A model generated the notes under the pieces. That model searched no databases. It was not told the DNA's origin and saw nothing but the letters and a program-made list of their open reading frames with translations. A program made the translations under genes and the position numbers. 14,967 nucleotides of DNA from Promethearchaeia archaeon (GTDB taxonomy: Archaea > Asgardarchaeota > Lokiarchaeia > Sigyniarchaeales > SOKP01): assembly GCA_029856155.1 (NCBI GenBank), contig JAHQWL010000094.1, forward strand, positions 1 to 14,967, written 5' to 3'. Below are positions 1-7,294 of the stretch, piece by piece (within the stretch, counting starts at the first letter, position 1; every line of letters begins with the position of its first letter).

Positions 1-248
1 CTAGAGAATATTTCATTTAATATTCCATATTCAATAAAATTACGTGAGATTTGAATAAATAAAGGACCTAATATCATAAAAAATATAAACGACCCAAAAG
101 CTAATAAGACTCTATTTAAAGGAAGATTTACATCTTTAATTTTGTGATATTGATAAATAAAGTAAAAGGCTAATTGAATGCCTATAATTACAGGTATCAA
201 ATATGCGATAAATTGTAGTTCAAACCCTATTTTAATCTGAAAAAACAT
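1..248 (-). CDS. Multi-pass membrane protein, N-terminal part; runs off the left window edge
   Basis: Not in the ORF track; translated by hand. ATG at 248-246, open to the edge: MFFQIKIGFELQFIAYLIPVIIGIQLAFYFIYQYHKIKDVNLPLNRVLLAFGSFIFFMILGPLFIQISRNFIEYGILNEIFS. Two hydrophobic TM-like segments separated by a short basic loop. Confidence 0.8.
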   Translation of the reverse strand, partial: MFFQIKIGFELQFIAYLIPVIIGIQLAFYFIYQYHKIKDVNLPLNRVLLAFGSFIFFMILGPLFIQISRNFIEYGILNEIFS

Positions 249-379
249 TTTTTTTTATGCCATAAAAGAATTTTAAAAGGAATTTTTATATATCTAATAG
301 AATTTTTCTTAAATTAATATAACTGTTATAGAAATTTCTTATCTTCAATATTAAATATACTTTTAGAATATTTAATCGT

Positions 380-916
380 TTATATTAACATAAAATCTTT
401 TAAAATTTGTTTTACTAAAGATTCGAAAATAATTTCAACATTTTCTCCTGTTTTGGAGGAACATTCTATATAATTACGTAGATTATATTGCTGTACTATT
501 CTTTCTACCTTCTTTCGTGAGATAGTTATTTGATCTTGAAGATCTAACTTCCCTCCAACAATAATTATCGGTATTTTTTTTTTTTCAAGTGATATACCCT
601 CTTTAAAAGTATCTATCCACAATTCAATTCTATCTAGCGTCTCTTCTCTTGTAAGATCAAACATAAAAATACCTCCAGAAGAGCCTTTTGAATACATAGG
701 TAATAAGAAATTAAACATACTCTCTCCTCCAAAATCCCAAATTTGTAAAACAATTCTCTTGTCTGCAGCTGTTAAAAATTTAACAAGGATCTCTGCACCC
801 ATAGTAAGTTTTATATCTTCTTCAAAATAACCTGTGAGATACCGTCTAACTAATGTTGTTTTTCCTACACGAGTTTCTCCAAAAATGCAAATCTTATAAG
901 CTAATTCTTCCTTCAT
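380..916 (-). CDS. Rab-like small GTPase (Ras superfamily, Asgard type)
   Basis: G1 GETRVGKT, G2 LTMG, G3 WDFGGE, G4 variant GGKLD, G5 CSSKTGENV. 178 aa with no C-terminal prenylation Cys. Confidence 0.95.
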   Translation of the reverse strand: MKEELAYKICIFGETRVGKTTLVRRYLTGYFEEDIKLTMGAEILVKFLTAADKRIVLQIWDFGGESMFNFLLPMYSKGSSGGIFMFDLTREETLDRIELWIDTFKEGISLEKKKIPIIIVGGKLDLQDQITISRKKVERIVQQYNLRNYIECSSKTGENVEIIFESLVKQILKDFMLI

Positions 917-920
917 TCAT

Positions 921-928
921 ACCACCTT
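921..928 (-). promoter_or_regulatory. Shine-Dalgarno-like site for the GTPase
   Basis: Minus strand reads AAGGTGGT-ATGA-ATG(916). Confidence 0.6.
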
Positions 929-1041
929 TTAAAATTTTTATAATTAAAAATAATCTAAATTTATTTTCTTTAAACTATTTTAGAAATTGAAATCCTCAAC
1001 CAGTATTCTAGTAATATTTAAGAAAAATTACACATATCTAT

Positions 1042-1069
1042 AATTTGATTATAATAATATAATCAAATT
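1042..1069. repeat. Perfect 12-bp inverted repeat with 4-nt spacer
   Basis: AATTTGATTATA-ATAA-TATAATCAAATT in the cdhC/GTPase intergenic region. Confidence 0.75.
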
Positions 1070-1379
1070 CTATCTTATATTGATAAAAATTATTAATTTA
1101 ATATTTAAATATAATTAAAAATTATAAAAGTACTCCTAATAATCGACAACATTCTTGTATTTAAATCATTTTTAGTCGAGAGAATATGGGAAAATCATAA
1201 AATTAACATAAATTTGATGATTTAAAGATTTAAAATTAATATAAAAACGAGAATTCAAGAATTTATCATTGATAAAATAGACTCTCTAAAGAATCTTGAA
1301 GTATAGCTCTCTAATTCTAATAATAAAATTCTTTAAATAAATAGACCAAAATTAAATTAAAAAAAATTTAGTAAAAAAC

Positions 1380-2816
1380 TTATTTATTTTTACGTTTAGG
1401 TTCAATCTTTTTAATGATTATAGCTTCTGCGTGGATTTTACAGTTTTTTAGGATTACTTTAAATCCTCCCGCACCACCAACACCTGGGATGGTCATTCCA
1501 ACAGTGCCCATTGGAACCATCGCACCTTCTTCTTCCCATTCTTCTTCCTCTTCAACGCCACCCATAACCGCTTTGTAGTCTTCAGTATTTATAATTGGAT
1601 GCCCTACTTTTTCCAACCATGCTGGTAGCTTACTTAACTCAGCAACATCTTCTTCAGTGGCAATTTTATCCCTTAAATCTTCTGGAAGGAATTCATAAAC
1701 TCGATCTTTAACTGATTTACCCATCCACACGATAGTATAAATTCCACCCTCCAAACCTGCTGTAATTCCATCATATTTTTGGTATTTGGGTGATATAATG
1801 TACTGTATACTTATTCCGTTAAAACCGGGCATTTGTTTTCCCCCACCAGTTTGGTTCGCCATGGCGGAGAAAGGTAATCCATTTATTGCTACACCATCAT
1901 GACTTCTATCGATAATACCGTGGCCTGCTCCTGTTTCGGGAATAAAAAAATCAATTGCTTCAAAACAACCACATGAAGTATGTGGGAATTCCATTCCACT
2001 ATATAAATAAATTCTATCGATCTCTCCAAGCGAACGTTTTTTTATCATTGCGTTTACACCTACAAACTCACCTGCTAATTCGTTGAGACACTCACCCATG
2101 GGAATTTCGAAGAGTGGCCCTTTTGGATCAACTCTAGCTGCAGCTCTAGCATCAAACCATGAGATAGAACCACATAAACTCATCCGATTTGGCGTTATAC
2201 AGCATGCATGAGTTGGAGCAAAACTCTGGCATAAAACACAGCCATAAAACATATCTACATCTTCATCATTTATACTACGGGCTCTTTCGTCTCTTTTATT
2301 ATAAATCTCTAAAGCAGAATCATATGGTTCTTTGATTTTCTCTGGATCTGTATAGAAGGTAACTTGAGCTTTTTTAATGATTGGAAGTTCAGCTTTATAA
2401 AGTCTAATTAAAACAGTTCCAAGCATTTGAAAGTTATCAAATCCTTTTTCTACAGCAGATTTAGAAATTCGCATCCAATTAGTATATCTTTGGTTCAAAT
2501 GCATTATTCCATTTACAAAATTGCAGAACTCATGAACTCTTCTTTCAAATACTGCTTCTAAATCTTCTTCAAGCTCAGGTCCAGAGACTTCTACTAAGAT
2601 TCCTATAGTATGTCTTGATCCTACTTCCATGTCTTTTATATCGGGACCGATGAGAGTTACTTTTCCATCTTCAATTTCTTTATCTTTTTTAACTCTAACT
2701 AACTCAAAGTGTTTCTCTATTTTTGGACCCCCAAGCTCGACATACATCTGGTTTCCTCTAATACGTTCTCCTTCGTAAACAGGACCTACATCTACTGGTA
2801 TATCTGCAAAACTCAT
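1380..2816 (-). CDS. cdhC: Acetyl-CoA decarbonylase/synthase complex beta subunit (acetyl-CoA synthase)
   Basis: N-terminal DIPVDVGPVYEGERIR..MYVELGGP. A-cluster ligand motifs FYGCVLCQSFAPTH...SLCG and PHTSCGCFE. GGGKQMPGF. Acidic linker and C-terminal KVILKNCKIHAE typical of archaeal CdhC. Confidence 0.97.
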   Translation of the reverse strand: MSFADIPVDVGPVYEGERIRGNQMYVELGGPKIEKHFELVRVKKDKEIEDGKVTLIGPDIKDMEVGSRHTIGILVEVSGPELEEDLEAVFERRVHEFCNFVNGIMHLNQRYTNWMRISKSAVEKGFDNFQMLGTVLIRLYKAELPIIKKAQVTFYTDPEKIKEPYDSALEIYNKRDERARSINDEDVDMFYGCVLCQSFAPTHACCITPNRMSLCGSISWFDARAAARVDPKGPLFEIPMGECLNELAGEFVGVNAMIKKRSLGEIDRIYLYSGMEFPHTSCGCFEAIDFFIPETGAGHGIIDRSHDGVAINGLPFSAMANQTGGGKQMPGFNGISIQYIISPKYQKYDGITAGLEGGIYTIVWMGKSVKDRVYEFLPEDLRDKIATEEDVAELSKLPAWLEKVGHPIINTEDYKAVMGGVEEEEEWEEEGAMVPMGTVGMTIPGVGGAGGFKVILKNCKIHAEAIIIKKIEPKRKNK

Positions 2817-2853
2817 ATCATTTATATCCTCTTATTTTTATACCTATATTTTT

Positions 2854-3393
2854 TTATAATTTTTCAATCAAGCTTTCTAAAAATAATTTCCATTCATTAT
2901 CGCTTAGATTTGGTAAACTAAATCGGGCATTTGGATGAGAATATTTATCCAATTCAATTGTTTTTACCCAGTTTGTAAAGTTTTTAATCCTAGATAGTAC
3001 TTGAGAGACATAAAATACTAAGTGTCCCCCGAAAATTGCCATGGAATATTGTCCTTCTCCATCAAAACCAGTCCAGTTCTTATCGCATAATCTGTTTGTA
3101 ATATTAATCAATGACATATCATATAGTTTCCCTTTACTGATTTTATCCTTTAAGTAACTATATGTATGACCGGTGCTAACTACATGACAATCAATTTTGT
3201 TTGCGATATCTATTAAGTAGTCTGCAACCTTTTTCTTATCAAGTTCCCAATTTAAAGATTCAGCGCCAATAATAACTACCTTCTTCTTAGGAGCCTTAAG
3301 TAAATTCGCCATCACTGTTGGATCTGAGACAGAAGTACCCATCTCAGGGCCAGGAATGTTAGCTTTTTGATATGGACGTGCCATTTCACTCAA
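2854..3393 (-). CDS. cdhB: Acetyl-CoA decarbonylase/synthase complex epsilon subunit
   Basis: PYQKANIPGP N-terminus, W.GFDGEGQY, FYVSQVLSRIKNF, YSHPNARFSLPNLS. Lies directly upstream of cdhC. Start is TTG 3393 or ATG 3384. Confidence 0.92.
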   Translation of the reverse strand: MSEMARPYQKANIPGPEMGTSVSDPTVMANLLKAPKKKVVIIGAESLNWELDKKKVADYLIDIANKIDCHVVSTGHTYSYLKDKISKGKLYDMSLINITNRLCDKNWTGFDGEGQYSMAIFGGHLVFYVSQVLSRIKNFTNWVKTIELDKYSHPNARFSLPNLSDNEWKLFLESLIEKL

Positions 3394-3592
3394 TTTCCTC
3401 TGTTTTTATTTTTAGCTGTAACTTTTAAAATAATTGTTATACTTAGAATTATTAAAGACAATTTAAAAAAATTGTTTTTATTAAGTTTAACTAAAAATAG
3501 ATGGGTAGAATCTTAAAATAGAGGGCTAAAATTCAATATGGGTTAATTAAAAAAGTAGAATATACTAATTTGTCAAAAAGATTATTAAAAAA

Positions 3593-5011
3593 TTAGTTAA
3601 ATTTCGGTTTTTTATCTTGCCATGGGGCTATTTCCTCAAAAGCTTTTGAGACTTGTAAAATTAGCAATTCTTGGAATCTTTTACCAACGATCTGTAGCCC
3701 TATTGGTAGATTGTTATCAGTCCATCCACAGGGAATAGTAGCAGCAGGATGTCCCGTAAAGTTAAAGGGAAATGTAAAAGCTTGCCATGAAGTTGGAGAT
3801 ACGTCAATCCCATTAATTTGTCTAGGATAAGTAACTCCTAATTCAAAAGCTGGAACTGCTGTTGAGGGAGTAAGAAGTATATCATAATTTTTCAAGCTTT
3901 CAAATATCGTTTGATAAAACAAACTACGAGTTCTCATAGCCTCTGGTAAACTTGAAGCAGGAAAATGCAATCCCGCTTCAATCCATGTCACTAAGGTTGG
4001 ATCTAACATATCTTTCCATTTTTCCAAATAAGGTCTTAGTTCATATCCAAACATTATTAACCACATTGTACTAAAAGCCATTGAAGGATCTAACCCCTTA
4101 AATTTTGCTTCTTCCACATCCCAACCAAAGGATTCAAACTTATGAACTGAATTAACCACTGCTTTTTCGACATGTTTATCAATAACCTTTGCAAAACCTA
4201 AGTCTAGACTATAACCAATTTTTAATTTATCTGGTTTTTCATTTATATGGTCAAAATATTTTATATTATCTTCCGGTAATGAATGTCTATCTCCCTCAAA
4301 TGGTCCTTTCATAGCATCTAGCATTAATGCAGCGTCAGTAACATATCTAACAATAGGACCAATAACAGATAATGTTTGATCGCTATGGGAGGTTTTTGGA
4401 TAAATTGGGACCCTTCCAAAACTCGGTTTAAGACCGTAAGCTCCGCAAAAGCAAGCAGGATGTCGAATAGAACCACCTCCATCTGAACCTTGAGCTAGGG
4501 GTCCCATTCCACAAACAACTGAGACTGCGGCACCTCCGCTAGATCCTCCAGACGTCTTCTCAAGATCCCATGGATTTCGAGTGACTCCAAAAATAAGATT
4601 ATCAGTAACTCCTTTAAAACCAAATTCCGGTGTATTTGTTTTCCCTAAAATTACACAACCTGCATCCTTTAAACGCGAGACAACAATCCCATCTTCTTTA
4701 GGAATGTGATTTTCAAAAATTTTTGAACCATAAGTGGTTCTTACTCCTTTAAGCGGCACCAAATCTTTTATAGATGTTGGAATGCCATTTAGGAGAGGAA
4801 TTTTTTTATTTCTTTTTATGTTATGGTCTGCTTTTTTTGCCATTTCCCGTGCTAACTCAAAAGTAGGAGTACAATATGCGTTAACTATTGGATTGATTCT
4901 TTGGATTCTTTCAATAATTATTTCAGTTATCTCTTCTGAAGTTAATTCTTGGTTTCTTATTTTTTCTTTCGTTTCCCAAGCAGGCATAAAACATATATCT
5001 TCTTTATTCAT
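3593..5011 (-). CDS. Amidase-signature family amidase
   Basis: GIPTSIKDL (catalytic Lys), GKTNTPEFG, TSGGSSGG, GSDGGGSIRHPA (Ser-cisSer-Lys triad), LPIGLQIVG. Confidence 0.93.
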   Translation of the reverse strand: MNKEDICFMPAWETKEKIRNQELTSEEITEIIIERIQRINPIVNAYCTPTFELAREMAKKADHNIKRNKKIPLLNGIPTSIKDLVPLKGVRTTYGSKIFENHIPKEDGIVVSRLKDAGCVILGKTNTPEFGFKGVTDNLIFGVTRNPWDLEKTSGGSSGGAAVSVVCGMGPLAQGSDGGGSIRHPACFCGAYGLKPSFGRVPIYPKTSHSDQTLSVIGPIVRYVTDAALMLDAMKGPFEGDRHSLPEDNIKYFDHINEKPDKLKIGYSLDLGFAKVIDKHVEKAVVNSVHKFESFGWDVEEAKFKGLDPSMAFSTMWLIMFGYELRPYLEKWKDMLDPTLVTWIEAGLHFPASSLPEAMRTRSLFYQTIFESLKNYDILLTPSTAVPAFELGVTYPRQINGIDVSPTSWQAFTFPFNFTGHPAATIPCGWTDNNLPIGLQIVGKRFQELLILQVSKAFEEIAPWQDKKPKFN

Positions 5012-5044
5012 ATCTATCGTACTTTTTTGTTTGTTTATCGAGGC

Positions 5045-5060
5045 TAATCAATCTTGATTA
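5045..5060. promoter_or_regulatory. Candidate operator palindrome (7-2-7) in the divergent amidase/CooT promoter region
   Basis: TAATCAA-TC-TTGATTA, just downstream (minus strand) of a TATA-like TTTTATATT at 5078-5070. Confidence 0.4.
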
Positions 5061-5101
5061 CTAATTGGTAATATAAAATTATAATACAAGTAATACATTT
5101 C

Positions 5102-5109
5102 TTTATATA
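5102..5109 (+). promoter_or_regulatory. Candidate archaeal TATA box for the CooT-like gene (leaderless or short leader)
   Basis: TTTATATA ending about 30 nt before ATG 5139; no SD visible. Confidence 0.4.
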
Positions 5110-5138
5110 AATAAATTCAGATACAATCTCAATAAAAA

Positions 5139-5453
5139 ATGTGTGAATTTAAAATAATAAATAAAACTGATGGTTCTCAAATAGGAGAAGATATTTTGAT
5201 ATTATCTTATACAGATGATAATGAATTGATTTTTAAAGATGTGTTAGGTATGGGGGAAAAATTAGATTCTGCCTTAATATTGGATGTAAATACCTTAAAT
5301 CAAACGTGTGTAATTCTTCAACATCCTATAATTAAAGAGTTTATTAGTTTAATAAAAAATATCAATAATAATAAAGTAAAATTAGAACAAGTTGAAAATT
5401 TTCAGAGTAAGATTGAAAAAATAAAGGAAAATCTTAAAAAAAAAATTAGATAG
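5139..5453 (+). CDS. CooT-family nickel-binding protein with C-terminal helical extension
   Basis: N-terminal MCE, then EDI.......L.F.DVLG.....A.I..VN..N pattern of the roughly 60-aa CooT domain. Near cdhBC. Confidence 0.75.
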   Translation: MCEFKIINKTDGSQIGEDILILSYTDDNELIFKDVLGMGEKLDSALILDVNTLNQTCVILQHPIIKEFISLIKNINNNKVKLEQVENFQSKIEKIKENLKKKIR

Positions 5454-7230
5454 TTTTTTTCTTTGATAAAGAGCGTTTATAGTAAATTGAAATAATACAT
5501 ACGAAGCCTAAAACGATAACATTAATTCCTATGACATTATATCCCGGTATTCCATTCGAATCCCCATTTTGTGGTAAACTTGTTTGATATGGAAGAAATC
5601 CGTTTTTGCTAGCAGTGAAAATTTGATTAATTATTTCTATTTGAGGGAAAGGTACTTCAATCGTACCATTTTCGTTTGTTTTACCTTTCCAGATAAGATC
5701 ATTATTTTCAGTGTAAGTTATGGTAGCTCCTTGAACGGGGTTCTCATCAGCAGTCACTAAAAGAGTCATTGCATTAATACTGTTGTTAAATGGCTGATCA
5801 ATACTTACATTGAGTTGTTTGGGAATTGAGAGCCAAATTGGAACTTCAGGGTCACCAAGTAAATTAAATTGCTTGAGAGTTTTATTTCCCCATTCTGGAT
5901 ATTCCTTAGGATCAGGTAAATTTATTCTATCCGATGCATAATCTGCTTTTGCCAATGCCAATGCTTTACCAGGCTGATTATATTGAAAAAGTTGTTCCAC
6001 GAAGCGAAATCCTAATCCTTCAATGAACCAGCCTCCATGAGTGCGTTCATACCATTGGTCTTCACCCCAAACCACATAACTTCCAGCTACACATCCAATT
6101 GCAACATTTTTTAAAAAATATTCAGCAACGCAATCCTCTGTATAATCAAAGGTACCTACAGAACAGCTACCAAAGTAATATAATCCCAATTTTTCTTTTT
6201 CAGCTAAATCGGCTATAGTTGTCTCAAAAAGAATGTCCCAAACTTTTGTATCTATAGCATCCCCTCCTCCTTCAAATGGGTTGCCATCATAATCAAAAAG
6301 CATATCCCCATCTAAATCTTCAGTCCATTCAGCAACACTTATTCGTTCAGGTCTGCCATGAGCAAATATTGTCCCAATACTACCTCCTTGATTAATAACA
6401 TTTTTGAGATTTGTATAATCTAATTCAGCATCAGTATGGTTATCAGAACCCTTAATCCCTTTGATTTGAGCAAGAAAGGTACTTGTCCAATTATTAGGTA
6501 ACAAAGTATTGTTTATATAATTATTAACTCGATTTCCATCACATTCTCTATAATCTACAGCACTGTCATTATCCCAATCTATATCAAATTGAAGGATAGC
6601 ACCCGCAAATATCGCATTGGACATCCAATCCCCTATTGGAGGATTTTTTTCATAATTTAATATTCGTTGAACTAAACTCCGCATCTCAGCTTCGCTATTT
6701 GCTGGTAATCGTCCTATATAGACCTCTGCTTCATAGTCAAAATCAGTTAAAGACCAATCATTATCGATATCCCCATAATAAGAATCACAACAAACAAAGT
6801 CACCATCGCCGCTATAACCATCATCACATACTATATGTTTAGTAGGAACGTGATTCTGATCCCCTGCTAAGAGAACCCATTGAGTATTATTATTACTTTG
6901 ATAATCCATGATACAATTTTTAATTTTTTCGGGAAGGCTCCCTCCTGAGTATTGGAGATCTATATCACTAACAACTTCTATTTTAGAAATAACACCTTTC
7001 TGTGTTTTCCATCGAGCTAAAGGTTCAAGAATAGGTTCAAAATTCTCAGCGGTAATGATTAAATAATCTATGGTTCCTTTAGTTGCAGAAAGATCAAGTG
7101 AAATTGAATTTATACTGTGTAGTTGATTTTTAGTATCAGTTATACCAAAATTAACAGTGCAACTCGTTAATAAAATTGTTAAAATTAATAATATAGGTTT
7201 TTTTATTGTCATTTGAGTATTCATTAGCAA
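5446..7230 (-). CDS. Secreted/cell-surface C25 family (gingipain-like) cysteine peptidase with Loki-CTERM-like anchor
   Basis: DYLIITA..F...L.PLARWKTQKG, WVLLAGD, DSYYGD, IGRLP, catalytic AHG and GSCSVG, FNLLGDP. N-terminal signal peptide; C-terminal IPGY + TM + basic tail. True start is probably ATG 7224 or 7212. The 3' end overlaps the CooT-like gene by 8 nt. Confidence 0.9.
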   Translation of the reverse strand: MLMNTQMTIKKPILLILTILLTSCTVNFGITDTKNQLHSINSISLDLSATKGTIDYLIITAENFEPILEPLARWKTQKGVISKIEVVSDIDLQYSGGSLPEKIKNCIMDYQSNNNTQWVLLAGDQNHVPTKHIVCDDGYSGDGDFVCCDSYYGDIDNDWSLTDFDYEAEVYIGRLPANSEAEMRSLVQRILNYEKNPPIGDWMSNAIFAGAILQFDIDWDNDSAVDYRECDGNRVNNYINNTLLPNNWTSTFLAQIKGIKGSDNHTDAELDYTNLKNVINQGGSIGTIFAHGRPERISVAEWTEDLDGDMLFDYDGNPFEGGGDAIDTKVWDILFETTIADLAEKEKLGLYYFGSCSVGTFDYTEDCVAEYFLKNVAIGCVAGSYVVWGEDQWYERTHGGWFIEGLGFRFVEQLFQYNQPGKALALAKADYASDRINLPDPKEYPEWGNKTLKQFNLLGDPEVPIWLSIPKQLNVSIDQPFNNSINAMTLLVTADENPVQGATITYTENNDLIWKGKTNENGTIEVPFPQIEIINQIFTASKNGFLPYQTSLPQNGDSNGIPGYNVIGINVIVLGFVCIISIYYKRSLSKKKTI

Positions 7231-7294
7231 TTTTCTATTTATATTTTTGCTAGCTTTTTAATGGAATTCAATAAATTAGGATATTATTAATTAA

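Noticed and set aside
255-263. Mini-uORF ATG GCA TAA in frame just upstream of the membrane protein start
   Set aside because: Two codons; easily chance, with no supporting SD or conservation evidence.
1528-1556. TTC-rich repeat tract
   Set aside because: Encodes the ordinary poly-Glu linker of CdhC.
2709-2921. 70-aa plus-strand ORF
   Set aside because: Antisense shadow overlapping cdhC and cdhB; no recognisable motif.
3593-5011. GatA (Glu-tRNA amidotransferase A) call
   Set aside because: Has NTPEFG and SDGGGSIRH rather than GatA-type NMDEFAMG and SDTGGSIRQ; no gatB/gatC adjacent.
4734-5057. 107-aa hydrophobic plus-strand ORF
   Set aside because: Antisense to the amidase; hydrophobicity is expected from the reverse complement of Lys/Glu-rich AT-rich codons.
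6636-6842. 68-aa His-rich plus-strand ORF resembling a Ni-binding peptide
   Set aside because: Lies wholly antisense within the C25 peptidase; His codons mirror the Asp/Gly-rich coding strand.
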